A stretch of DNA of 44,751 nt from the IMG/VR virus record IMGVR_UViG_3300036783_000070, positions 1 through 44,751 of that record. One strand, written 5' to 3'. Under the pieces are notes generated by a model. It saw nothing but the letters and a program-made list of their open reading frames with translations, did not search any database and was not told where the DNA came from. This DNA is from a virus (lineage: Duplodnaviria; Caudoviricetes). Positions 1 through 9,290 of this stretch are shown one piece after another (within the stretch, counting starts at the first letter, position 1; each line of letters opens with the position of its first letter). A program made the translations under genes and the position numbers.

Positions 1-3000
1 GCTCAGGCTGGTCTTGACGTCGCTACTAAGATTGCCGTTCCTCTTGATCAGGTACAGTCTGGTCTGTATGACATCTTCTCGTCGATGGACGTGAACATGT
101 CTCAGGCACAGTTCCTGTTGACGAACTTCTCCAAGGAAGCTGTTGCAGGTCAGGTAAACCTTTCGGTCGCTGAGAAGGCGACCATTGGTGTTATGAACTC
201 GTACAAGATGAAAGTTCAAGATGTCACGAAGGTTCAAGACATCATGTTCAACCTTGTCAAGTACGGTGTTGGTACATATGCAGACTTTGCTAATGTCATT
301 GGTCTAGTAACACCTTCTGCTGTTCGAGCGAATCAGACGTTCCAGCAGACTGCCGCTCTTATGGCTTTCACGACTCGTAACGGCTTGAGTGCCTCTGAGG
401 CAGCTTCTGCCGTTGCTCGAGGTATGGATGCTATCGGTAAGTCTCGAGACAGTATCCAGAAGTATGGTCAGATCGTAACTGGTGCTCTGGGCGATGCTAC
501 TGCAGCGAAGCTAGGCATTACAGCTAACAGCATGCTCAAGATGACGGATGCAAGCGGTAAGCTGCTCCCCATCAACCAGATCATGACTGAGCTTGGATCG
601 TCCCTCAAGAACTTGAACCCGACGCAGCTGAACGATGTTCTAGTTGCTATGTTCAAGGGTACTGGCGGAACTATTCAGGCTATGCGGTTCATCACGCTAG
701 CAGTGAAGAACTATGGCCAGTTGAATAACATGGTTAAGCAGATGGGTGCCAGTAAGGGTGCTCTGCAGGCTGCTTACAACATCATGGCGAACACGCCTGC
801 GATGAAGATTCAGCTCATGAAGAATAACTTCCAGGCGCTGATGATCACGGTCGGGAACGATCTGCTTCCCGTGTTGGGTGCTGCAGCTAAGGTCTTCGCA
901 AACCTGTTCAGCATCATCACCAAGATCCCTGCACCGATTCTGAAGATTGCAACGATCTTTGGAGTCGTCGCTTCTGTTGGATTGGTCATTGCAGGTGTCA
1001 TCGTTGCGCTCACGGGTGCCTGGCTAGTCTTCAGTACGATCCTAGCAGCGTCTGAAGTTGCTATCCTTCCTCTCATCGGTACTGTGCTTGCCATCGTAGC
1101 GGTTGTAGCATTGCTGGCAGTTGCTGCCTATGAGATCTACAGCCACTGGGGTGCAATATCATCGTTCTTCGTCTCCCTGTGGAACACTGTCAAGAAGTAT
1201 ACCATCCAGTACTGGAACGATATCGTCGGAGCTCTTGGCGACGCTTGGAACACTGTCGTCAACTTCTTCGAGCCAGGACTGAAGGGCTTTGTAGACTTCT
1301 GGGTGAGTGCCTGGACTACTGTTCTCAACTTCATTACAGGAGTCTGGAACGGTATCATAGGCGTCTTCAAGGACGTCGAGAACTGGGTTGCTAGCAACTT
1401 CGACAAGTGGTGGTTGACGCACGGCGAGTCTGTTAAAGAGATCTGGAACTCTATCTGGGGCGCAGCCTCAAGTCAGTTCAAAGAGTTCTGGTCTATAGTT
1501 TCAGGTATTGCAACAGCCTACTGGTCTATCCTGACGGCTGAGTTCAAGATCGGTTGGGAGATTATCTCAACCGTCTTCAAGGTCTACGCTAACATCATCA
1601 TCGGCCTGTTCAAGGTTATGTGGACAATGCTATCGACAGTTGCTAAGATAGCATGGGATGCTCTAACGCTCATCTTCAAGATAGCCTGGGACGTTATCGC
1701 CCTAGTCTTTGAAGCTGCCTGGAATGTAATCGTTACAGCGTTCAAGGTGTTCTGGGCAATCTTTACGGCCGTTGGCAAGATAGCCTTTGCGACCATTACG
1801 CTCATGTGGAAGATTGTCTGGGACACGCTAGTCGTGATCTTCAACCTCTTCCTCGACTTGATTACAGGTCACTGGCACACAGCGTGGATGGACATTCTCA
1901 ACTATGCACACCAGATAGGTAACGCGCTCTACGCCTGGGGCGCAACATTCTGGCATGCACTACAGTCAGCTTGGGAAGCGATCTGGAACGCTCTCAAGGC
2001 TGGCTGGATCGCTATCTGGCACGACCTGTACAACACGTTCCATACGATTGGCAATCAGCTTTACTCCTTCGGTGTGTCTGTCTGGAACAATATCAAGAAT
2101 GCCTGGAGTAACATCTGGCACTCCATCTACAGCACTAGTATGGCTGTCTGGGGAGACGTTAAGGGCGGCGTCTCTAGGATCTGGGCCGATATTGTTCAGG
2201 GCGCTAAGAACACTGTCGGAGGCCTCAAGAGTGTCTGGGGAGGCATTGAGAGTGCCTTCAAGGGTCCTGTCAACTTCGTAATCAGGTACGCGTACGACGA
2301 TGGTCTGAGGGCTATCTGGAACGGTACCATGAACGCCATCGGTCTAGGCAAGCTCAACCTCCCGGCTGTGAAGACCTTGGCCACAGGAGGGAAGCTCGGC
2401 GGCTTTGGTGGTGGGGACCGAAACCTTGCACTACTTGAAGATGGCGAAGCTGTCATTGACAAGCACAGGACGAGGAAGTACGCACCACTCCTGAAGGCTA
2501 TGGGTGTTCCAGGCTTTGCAGGCGGAGGCCTTGTCAACATAAGCAAGATGGTACTCGCCGCTACTACTGGTAATGAAACAGCCTTTGCCAATGACTTGAT
2601 AAACACCCTAGTGACGAGTAGCGGTGCCAAGGGCGAGCTCGGCAATATGATATCTACCTTCCCCAAGGCACTTGCGAGGAAGATGGTATCTGGTGCCTGG
2701 AGTGCCATTGGTAGTCAGGCTGTCAAGTCTGCTGCTGGAGCTATTGGCCTAAGCGGCATCGCCAACTCCAGTGCCTTGGCAGCTCTGAAGTCGGCAGCTG
2801 CAAAGAAGGGTTGGGTCGGCGGTCAGTGGACGGCACTGAACTCCGTCGAGATGGCTGAGGCTGGATATAACATCCACGCGCAGAACCCAACTAGTGGTGC
2901 TTACGGCCTAGCACAGTTCATTAACGGAGCTGGAGAGTACGCCCAGTACGGCGGCAACTCTACGACAGCAGCTGGACAGGCTGTAGCAATGGTAAACTAC

Positions 3001-3258
3001 ATTGCACAACGATACGGTAACCCTGTCAACGCTTGGAACCATGAGACAGCTTTCCACTGGTACAAGAACGGCTTCTCAGGTGATGTTACCAAGCCTACGA
3101 TCTTCGGTGCTGGTGAAGCAGGTCGTGAGCACGTCGAGATTACGCCTGCAGGCAAGAAGACTGGTCCTACTCAGAACTTCTACATCACGACGCAGGAGAT
3201 CAATCCTCGTTACCATGCAGCGCAGTTGGGCTTTGAACTGGCAAGGAGGTCTAGCTGA
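1..3258 (+). CDS. Tape measure protein (5' truncated) with C-terminal lytic transglycosylase-like domain
   Basis: Frame is open from base 1. Long Ala/Gly-rich helical protein with ~11-residue W/F periodicity; C-terminal AEAGYNIHAQNPTSGAYGLAQF...YIAQRYGNP...W SLT-like motif; directly upstream of a Dit-like gene. Confidence 0.95.
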   Translation, partial: AQAGLDVATKIAVPLDQVQSGLYDIFSSMDVNMSQAQFLLTNFSKEAVAGQVNLSVAEKATIGVMNSYKMKVQDVTKVQDIMFNLVKYGVGTYADFANVIGLVTPSAVRANQTFQQTAALMAFTTRNGLSASEAASAVARGMDAIGKSRDSIQKYGQIVTGALGDATAAKLGITANSMLKMTDASGKLLPINQIMTELGSSLKNLNPTQLNDVLVAMFKGTGGTIQAMRFITLAVKNYGQLNNMVKQMGASKGALQAAYNIMANTPAMKIQLMKNNFQALMITVGNDLLPVLGAAAKVFANLFSIITKIPAPILKIATIFGVVASVGLVIAGVIVALTGAWLVFSTILAASEVAILPLIGTVLAIVAVVALLAVAAYEIYSHWGAISSFFVSLWNTVKKYTIQYWNDIVGALGDAWNTVVNFFEPGLKGFVDFWVSAWTTVLNFITGVWNGIIGVFKDVENWVASNFDKWWLTHGESVKEIWNSIWGAASSQFKEFWSIVSGIATAYWSILTAEFKIGWEIISTVFKVYANIIIGLFKVMWTMLSTVAKIAWDALTLIFKIAWDVIALVFEAAWNVIVTAFKVFWAIFTAVGKIAFATITLMWKIVWDTLVVIFNLFLDLITGHWHTAWMDILNYAHQIGNALYAWGATFWHALQSAWEAIWNALKAGWIAIWHDLYNTFHTIGNQLYSFGVSVWNNIKNAWSNIWHSIYSTSMAVWGDVKGGVSRIWADIVQGAKNTVGGLKSVWGGIESAFKGPVNFVIRYAYDDGLRAIWNGTMNAIGLGKLNLPAVKTLATGGKLGGFGGGDRNLALLEDGEAVIDKHRTRKYAPLLKAMGVPGFAGGGLVNISKMVLAATTGNETAFANDLINTLVTSSGAKGELGNMISTFPKALARKMVSGAWSAIGSQAVKSAAGAIGLSGIANSSALAALKSAAAKKGWVGGQWTALNSVEMAEAGYNIHAQNPTSGAYGLAQFINGAGEYAQYGGNSTTAAGQAVAMVNYIAQRYGNPVNAWNHETAFHWYKNGFSGDVTKPTIFGAGEAGREHVEITPAGKKTGPTQNFYITTQEINPRYHAAQLGFELARRSS

Positions 3259-4115
3259 TGCCTACGTTGGTCGATGACTACTCGTTCCAGTTCGGTGACA
3301 CTGGAACCATCTTGAACACCGACGACATGAGCTTGCCGTTCATTGACGTCACACAGGTAACTGGTCTCGATGCAGCTCCGCAGCGGAGTACTACTGATGA
3401 GCATCAGGGCCTAGACGGTACCTACATTGACAATCCTTACATGTCAATGCGTACGGTTGTGGTAACAGGGAACTTGTACACGGATCCAGCTGATCCCGAT
3501 ACTCTTCTGAACCAGCTTCGAGCGGACTACAACGCAAGCCTGGTTAGGCCTTTCTACTTTCAGCTGCCTGGTCAAGTACTGAAGTACGTCAATGCTGGAG
3601 GCGGCGGCCTTCAGTACAACATTGACACGAATCGCAACATGGGAATAACGGCTGTACAGTTCACGGTGCTTGCAGGCGATCCCTACATCTACGACTACCC
3701 ACCGCAAGTCAGTTCCGCAGTGGTGCCGCTTACGTTCGATATCGGCGCAGGCTTCAACATGGGCTTCAATGTCGGCTTCGGTGGGTCGATTCCCGTCAGT
3801 GCTGTGTCTGGAACTAACTACGGAACGCACACAGCATACCCTGTACTTACAATCGCGGGCCCTGTGGTGAATCCCGTCCTCGCGGACGCGTTTGGTATAA
3901 CTATGGCATTCAGTACAACCCTTGCAGCTGGCGACCTACTCGTAGTTGATTGCCGTAACAAGTCGGTTGTCTTGAACGGTACAGTTAGCCGTAGGACAAC
4001 TCTTGCAGGACTGAAGTGGTTCTCAGTCCCGAAGGGTATGACAGAGTCAGTTGCCTTTTCTGCCGACTCTGGAACAGGTACACTAACTATGTCTTTGAGC
4101 TCGACGTACTACTAG
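3258..4115 (+). CDS. Distal tail protein (Dit-like)
   Basis: 285 aa immediately after TMP (TGATG overlap); DG.Y....R.V...G, DPYIY and N.GT....P.LTI.GP..NP motifs typical of siphophage Dit. Confidence 0.85.
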   Translation: MPTLVDDYSFQFGDTGTILNTDDMSLPFIDVTQVTGLDAAPQRSTTDEHQGLDGTYIDNPYMSMRTVVVTGNLYTDPADPDTLLNQLRADYNASLVRPFYFQLPGQVLKYVNAGGGGLQYNIDTNRNMGITAVQFTVLAGDPYIYDYPPQVSSAVVPLTFDIGAGFNMGFNVGFGGSIPVSAVSGTNYGTHTAYPVLTIAGPVVNPVLADAFGITMAFSTTLAAGDLLVVDCRNKSVVLNGTVSRRTTLAGLKWFSVPKGMTESVAFSADSGTGTLTMSLSSTYY

Positions 4116-4122
4116 GAGCGAC

Positions 4123-5136
4123 ATGCCTATCAACCCACCATATGTGTGTCAGGGGAGGACAGACCACCCTGCGCAGTTGTTTCGAATGGCTCTTGCTGGG
4201 TCTGCTGTAAACCCTCAGGCTGTCGGCTCTACGGTGTCGGCAGGCGGCGTCTCCCAGCAGTTCGGCAACGCTCTAGCCGTTACAGGACTTGCATCGATGG
4301 CTGTCAGCGTTGGAACGGGACTGTGCTACATTCCCAGCTCAACAGCTTGGCAGGGTGAGTATGCTGCCTTTAACACGGGTTCGTTCAACGTCAGCATCTC
4401 AGCATCTTCGACTACGCAGTGGCGTCGTGACTACATCGTTGCTCAGGTAACTGACCCTGGCGACAACACTGCTAACTGGAACATCGTGCCAGTCACGGGA
4501 ACGTTCTCCTCGACGTCACCTGGTGCGCTACCTGCGATCCCGAACAACTCCATTCCGCTAGGCATCGTTAACGTCGTGCCGAACATGACGGTAACAAACG
4601 GTGCTGGTACCATTAGCGACGCTCGTAGCTTCATGGCGCTGCCTGGTCCTAAGACCTGTACGTCTTCTTCGAAGCCTGCACTCACTTGTCCCAATGGGAC
4701 TATGTGGTATGAGACTGACACGAACCAAGTCGGTATCATCGTCGCTGGCGCTTACAAGTATGTCAACATCGGTACAGCGCTTGACACCTTCCATACAGTC
4801 ACCTACCAGAACGGATGGACGGCACAGGCTGCAGGGCTTGACCTGGAATACACTAGGCTACAGAACGGCCTCATAGCCCTTACAGGACGACTCACTTGCG
4901 GGACAACCTTTAGTCCTGGTCCGCAGACGATCGCTACTCTGGGAACAGGTTACAGGCCTGCACAGCCTAGCGCGTTCATTCCGAGCCAGGCACATGGTGG
5001 CGTTGGTGCTACGCCGCCGTATGAGATGGACGCATCTGGTCTAGTCGTCGTCGACAGCTCTGGCAACATCAAGGTGTACGGAGCAATGAACGCAGGCCAG
5101 TTCTTGGAAATCGGCGGAAGCTTCGTGGCAGCATGA
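4123..5136 (+). CDS. Minor tail protein / tail fibre component
   Basis: Tail-module position; RRDYIVAQV..P.IP.NSIPL..V..V..ISDAR motif of actinophage minor tail proteins; C-terminal TL..GYRP beta domain. Confidence 0.8.
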   Translation: MPINPPYVCQGRTDHPAQLFRMALAGSAVNPQAVGSTVSAGGVSQQFGNALAVTGLASMAVSVGTGLCYIPSSTAWQGEYAAFNTGSFNVSISASSTTQWRRDYIVAQVTDPGDNTANWNIVPVTGTFSSTSPGALPAIPNNSIPLGIVNVVPNMTVTNGAGTISDARSFMALPGPKTCTSSSKPALTCPNGTMWYETDTNQVGIIVAGAYKYVNIGTALDTFHTVTYQNGWTAQAAGLDLEYTRLQNGLIALTGRLTCGTTFSPGPQTIATLGTGYRPAQPSAFIPSQAHGGVGATPPYEMDASGLVVVDSSGNIKVYGAMNAGQFLEIGGSFVAA

Positions 5137-6245
5137 CAGCTCAGTATACCTACCTAGCGACAGACCTAGTGACCAATGCTATACTGGGTGAGCTACCAGT
5201 TAACAATGTGTCGCTAGACTGCCAGCTGAACAGTGCTGGTAACCTGTCAGCAGGTATGCGGCTATCGGATCCTCGTCTCGAGAATGACGATGCGATAGCT
5301 AGGACTGAACCTGGTAAGACAGCGTTCTGGGCTATTCGAGAGAACACAGTTGTCTGGGGCGGTTGTATCCTCAGCAGGGAATACCAGTCTGATGGCAAGA
5401 GCGTCTCGCTTACAGGGCAGACGTTCGAGTGCTATGCCGCTAGGCGCTTCCCGCAGGATGTAATCGCGAACGCAATACAGAACCTGTCGCTAGGTCAAGG
5501 TGCAACGATTGACTACCTTTGGAGTCAGCTCCAGTCCTGTGCCAATGGCTCTATTGGAGTAGCTCCAGCCAATGTACCTCTAGTCGATCCTGCGACGACG
5601 TTGACTATAACAGGAAGCGACCTCTCAACGTCGTATGGTGACTTGATCACATCTGTCACAGGGCTCGCAGGTGGTCCTGACTATACCATCGCTTGGGGCA
5701 TAGACCAGAACGGCAACCTTACCAAGCAGCTAGTGGTAGGTACGCCAATTGGAAATGCTCTAGGCGCAACAGACTTGACTATCGACTATCCTGGGCCAGT
5801 TAAGAATTACACCTACACGGAGAACTCAAGCTCCGGATCGAATAGATGGTATGCTGTCGGTGACGGCGGAACCACAACAGCCGTGATGGGTGTGTCAACA
5901 GACGAGAACAGCCTAGCGAGCGGGTACCCCCTGTGGTGCGGTGTCAATAACTATTCCGGGGTAACTGTCCAGAGTACGATCAATGCTCACTCCGCGTCAG
6001 ACCTAGCATCTTCACCTATGCCTTTGGTGACTCATGCCGCTGAGCTTGCTGGAAATGGTTTCCCTGAGTTCGGTTCGTACGGCATGGGTGACTACGTTGT
6101 CGTGAACATTACCGATCCTAGGTTCAAGGGTGGGTTCACCTTCAACGTTCGTGCTATCGGCTGGAGCATTCAGCCGCCCGATGAGGGCCAAGGCGTCGAG
6201 ACGATCAACCTCGTCTTCGACGAGTCCACAGGGAGTGGAGGCTAA
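5133..6245 (+). CDS. Minor tail / baseplate hub protein (ReqiPepy6 Gp37-like)
   Basis: Y.YLATDL..ILGELP, VWGG.I..R and Y.MGD.V motifs; ATGA overlap with the upstream gene. Confidence 0.8.
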   Translation: MTAQYTYLATDLVTNAILGELPVNNVSLDCQLNSAGNLSAGMRLSDPRLENDDAIARTEPGKTAFWAIRENTVVWGGCILSREYQSDGKSVSLTGQTFECYAARRFPQDVIANAIQNLSLGQGATIDYLWSQLQSCANGSIGVAPANVPLVDPATTLTITGSDLSTSYGDLITSVTGLAGGPDYTIAWGIDQNGNLTKQLVVGTPIGNALGATDLTIDYPGPVKNYTYTENSSSGSNRWYAVGDGGTTTAVMGVSTDENSLASGYPLWCGVNNYSGVTVQSTINAHSASDLASSPMPLVTHAAELAGNGFPEFGSYGMGDYVVVNITDPRFKGGFTFNVRAIGWSIQPPDEGQGVETINLVFDESTGSGG

Positions 6246-6649
6246 TGGCTAAGTACCAATACGCTAAGCCGTTCGACTTCGTCCGGGACTTTAAAGCTCT
6301 GCAGGATGCTGTCAAGGCGTTGCAGCTACGTTCTGGAACTGTTGGGCCTTGGCAACAAGCTGCAATGCAGAACGGCTGGACTGGTACGCTCAACTATCGT
6401 AGGACAGATAGGAACGAGATCCAGTTCTCTGCACACTCATTGACTCCTGGGACTATCAGCGCAGGTATTCTTATTGCCATAGTAACGCTCACGCCTCAAG
6501 GACCTCATGAGTTCCAGGTTATGACTAGCGGAGCTGTAGGCGCTGGATCACCTAGGATAGCTCTAGACATTTCTGGCAACCTTAACTTGTCCGGTGTAAC
6601 GACCGGTTCAGACCTTTCTATCGAAGCAATCGTGCCACTAGATATATGA
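6245..6649 (+). CDS. Minor tail protein
   Basis: N-terminal coiled coil plus NGW...YR beta domain resembling the C-terminus of 4123..5136; translationally coupled. Confidence 0.65.
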   Translation: MAKYQYAKPFDFVRDFKALQDAVKALQLRSGTVGPWQQAAMQNGWTGTLNYRRTDRNEIQFSAHSLTPGTISAGILIAIVTLTPQGPHEFQVMTSGAVGAGSPRIALDISGNLNLSGVTTGSDLSIEAIVPLDI

Positions 6650-6657
6650 GGTGGTAA

Positions 6658-6900
6658 GTGTCCATAGGCGACGTCCTGACACTCATGGGCGGCACTGGAG
6701 GGGGTGTCGGCCTTGTCATGCTCGCGCTTTTCATCACAGGTTACATCGTTCCTAAGTCTCGTGCAGACGAGATCAAGGAAGAGCGTGACGAGTGGAAACG
6801 AACCGCCGAGCTCGAGCGGCAAAGGGCCGATGCGAGTATCGCCGCTGGCCAGATCGTAAAGGATGTAATGGTCAGTCTCCGTAAGGAGCTGGGGCAGTAA
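6658..6900 (+). CDS. Membrane protein of lysis cassette (1 TM + coiled coil)
   Basis: GAGGTG RBS and GTG start; hydrophobic N-terminus then charged helix; upstream of endolysin. Confidence 0.7.
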   Translation: MSIGDVLTLMGGTGGGVGLVMLALFITGYIVPKSRADEIKEERDEWKRTAELERQRADASIAAGQIVKDVMVSLRKELGQ

Positions 6901-7094
6901 TGAGATGGCAGTTCTGGAGGAAGCAGGTGCGTGATGTAGAGGTGGCACGCGCAGAGAGGCGACGATCTGAGCGACAGCTCGAGATCGACAAACGAGAGGT
7001 AATCAGACCCCTCCACGAGCTACGCGAGACAAACCACGTAGCGGAAATGATCACCGAACTCATACAACGCAAGACGGGAGGTTCAAGCGCCTAA
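6900..7094 (+). CDS. Small basic lysis-cassette protein
   Basis: TAATG-coupled; W..WR N-terminus and RETNH.AE.I motif seen in actinophage lysis cassettes. Confidence 0.65.
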   Translation: MRWQFWRKQVRDVEVARAERRRSERQLEIDKREVIRPLHELRETNHVAEMITELIQRKTGGSSA

Positions 7095-7441
7095 TGGAAC
7101 TGACGCAGCTAATCTGGGGTGTACGCATTCTTGGGTGGGTAACACTTTTGTTCCCCCTAGTGAATGCTGCGTTCTGGCCATGGTGGAAGACAGGTTGGGG
7201 CTGGAACCTGATTACATTCGACATGGGCGTGTTCATCTCGATACTTCCATCATGGCTAGGCGTTACGTTCGGCATCAGAGACAACATGAGTGTATACTGG
7301 ATCGAGATCATCGGTGTCGATCTAGTAATCCTGAACGTGGTCTGGCGAACGTACATCATCATCAGGACGCAAGTGAGAGGAAGAAATCATGACTCTGCAT
7401 CACGTGTTCGACGCGGCGTATCCTCCGAGAACGGCGCCTAG
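7094..7441 (+). CDS. Putative holin (3 TM)
   Basis: Three hydrophobic segments, PWWKT.WG motif, basic C-terminal tail, adjacent to endolysin. Confidence 0.65.
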   Translation: MELTQLIWGVRILGWVTLLFPLVNAAFWPWWKTGWGWNLITFDMGVFISILPSWLGVTFGIRDNMSVYWIEIIGVDLVILNVVWRTYIIIRTQVRGRNHDSASRVRRGVSSENGA

Positions 7442-7931
7442 CTCCTGCTCAGGAGTCCTAGGCTACATCGGCGGTGGAAGGGCCTACAGGACCTGGACGC
7501 TCGCAGACTGGGAGCCGTTCGTGAACCTCAAGCAGTTCCCCTGCTGGGTTCCGAAGGGAACAGAGAACGCGGTAGCCGACGCGAAGAACGCAGTCGACAA
7601 GGCCAACCAGCTCGGCTGGGTCTCCAAGGGTGGGTCGCGTGTCATCATCTGTGACCTGGAGACGCTCGAGGTTCCCAGCTGGTACCACTCGTGGGCGATG
7701 CAGGTCAACGCAATGGGGTACTACTCCGTAGCGTACGGCAGCGCATCGACCATCGACAAGAACAAGGCGACGAACGTCTGGATCGCCCAGTACAATGGCG
7801 CACAGAGCCTTCCCACCGACACCCACGCACACCAGTACGCTGAGAACGTCAAGTTCTCCACCACCGAGGTCGACTACTCGATCATCGACGACTGGATGTT
7901 TGACAGGGGCGGTGTCGGCAGAAGGCACTAA
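7389..7931 (+). CDS. Putative endolysin, GH25/DUF1906-like glycoside hydrolase
   Basis: FDAAY, GYIGG, IICDLET, YGS, WIAQY, HQY and VDYS motifs match the GH25-like TIM-barrel layout; last gene of the late operon. Confidence 0.7.
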   Translation: MTLHHVFDAAYPPRTAPSSCSGVLGYIGGGRAYRTWTLADWEPFVNLKQFPCWVPKGTENAVADAKNAVDKANQLGWVSKGGSRVIICDLETLEVPSWYHSWAMQVNAMGYYSVAYGSASTIDKNKATNVWIAQYNGAQSLPTDTHAHQYAENVKFSTTEVDYSIIDDWMFDRGGVGRRH

Positions 7932-7942
7932 CACCACAGGGC

Positions 7943-8005
7943 GTCTAGCCTTTCACCTTCGGAGATGCGGCTCTCCTGGTCCGGGTGAAAGGCTAGACTT
8001 TTGTT
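7943..8005. terminator. Terminator hairpin between convergent late and middle operons
   Basis: Perfect 15 bp inverted repeat GTCTAGCCTTTCACC (7943-7957) / GGTGAAAGGCTAGAC (7984-7998), followed by TTTTGTT on +. Confidence 0.85.
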
Positions 8006-8469
8006 CACTTCAGTTTCTGGAGTAGTTGGTAGCGAGCCATCTGCAAACAGAGCTCAGAGTGGTCAGCTGTCGCGAGGAAGTACATCAGGTGACGTCTGGC
8101 ATCGTTCGCATGACCATTGTTCGTTGCAGGTGTGATCCGTGCATTGAGTCTCAAGAGCTTTGCGTCTGACATGAAACTCTTAGCAGCGGAAGCGCCTTGC
8201 ATGATAAGGATCACATCACGCTTCTGGTGTGAAGCCTTGATGATACCGATGTACTCGCATGAAATGAGAAGCGAGAAGTCGTTGTTCCGTTTCTCGAAGC
8301 GTTCGCATATGATGATGTCAGGCTTCTTGTTGGCCAGAAGCTTCTGCAAGGTGTAGTGGTGATCGCCTGTAAGTTGTCCGTAGTCTACTAGGTCGACGAC
8401 ACCATCTTCGTCAATGTAGGCAGAGCACCAGCCAGTAGTGCCGCCTGGGTCGAAAGCTAGGATCCTCAT
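8005..8469 (-). CDS. RuvC-like Holliday junction resolvase
   Basis: ILAFDPGGTTGW, IICERF and HANDARRH RNase H-fold acidic motifs. Confidence 0.85.
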   Translation of the reverse strand: MRILAFDPGGTTGWCSAYIDEDGVVDLVDYGQLTGDHHYTLQKLLANKKPDIIICERFEKRNNDFSLLISCEYIGIIKASHQKRDVILIMQGASAAKSFMSDAKLLRLNARITPATNNGHANDARRHLMYFLATADHSELCLQMARYQLLQKLK

Positions 8470-8494
8470 CGCTTACCTTCTCCTTCTGTCTCTT

Positions 8495-8620
8495 AGTCTA
8501 AGAGAGTCTAACTAATGACAAAGCGCGTTGGTGTATCGGGGCTTAAGAAGCTTTGTCCTCAGTTAGACTTATATTAGACTTTGATTCTCGCGCGGAATTC
8601 TAAGGTGTTGAGCTAAAGCA
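8495..8620 (-). repeat. Dispersed ~125 bp element, copy 1
   Basis: On -: TGCTTTAGCTC-N29-AGTCTAA-N4-AGTCTAACTG..GACA...TGTC..TAGTTAGA..TTAGA; homologous to 28364-28486 and 44416-44540. Confidence 0.85.
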
Positions 8621-8621
8621 C

Positions 8622-8963
8622 TCACTTAGTTTTCTGTGTGTCCAGGCCTTCAAGGGCATCGCCGACACTTGCCCACTTGTTATGAATAGCATAGTAATCG
8701 ACCTTACCATGCTTTAGCACGCCTTCGGTAATGAGAATCGATTGAACCTCATCTAGAAGCTTGCCTTGAAGCCCTTCATACCAGTTGAGGAAGTATTCGA
8801 CGTTAACTAGGTAACGAGGACTTCTCACACCAGTACTGATCTTCTTTGTCGTCTTCCTCTTGCGCATATACTCACGCATGTAGTCACGGCGATGGTCTTC
8901 GCAGTAGGCAGACTTAGGATGCGCCTTAGGCTTTGAGCACTTGGCGCACTTACCGTTGGGCAT
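8622..8963 (-). CDS. Hypothetical protein with N-terminal Cys/His zinc-finger-like motif
   Basis: CAKC...YCEDH motif followed by a basic helix; RBS AGGAGG; in operon. Confidence 0.6.
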   Translation of the reverse strand: MPNGKCAKCSKPKAHPKSAYCEDHRRDYMREYMRKRKTTKKISTGVRSPRYLVNVEYFLNWYEGLQGKLLDEVQSILITEGVLKHGKVDYYAIHNKWASVGDALEGLDTQKTK

Positions 8964-9270
8964 CGATTTCCCTCCTAAGGATTTCTGCCTGAGCCGTGAG
9001 CTCTAGGATCTCTGCCTCGATAGCTGCGAGCCTAGCCTGCGGACTCCTTCTGGCCGAGAGCTTGAGCACGACCTTGATGTTGCTAGGGTCAAGGTTGGAT
9101 CGATCGTTGTCCTTGAAGATGACACGCTCGTTGTCGTTGAGGGGCCTGTTGAGCTTCTTCTCGGCAATGATGATGTGCTTGCCGACCCAGCCACGCTTCG
9201 TCTTGACTTGTGTGTACCCTAGTGCGTTGACAGTCTCGTCACCGATCTTGCTAGGCTTTCCTCGAGGCAT
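8950..9270 (-). CDS. Degenerate HNH-fold protein with C-terminal coiled coil
   Basis: GY..VK....KH...AEKKLNRPL..NE.V.F.D.DRSN..PSNI resembles HNH_3 but lacks the HH catalytic residues. Confidence 0.65.
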   Translation of the reverse strand: MPRGKPSKIGDETVNALGYTQVKTKRGWVGKHIIIAEKKLNRPLNDNERVIFKDNDRSNLDPSNIKVVLKLSARRSPQARLAAIEAEILELTAQAEILRREIDAQR

Positions 9271-9290
9271 TTCTTCTCCAGACAGTAAGC

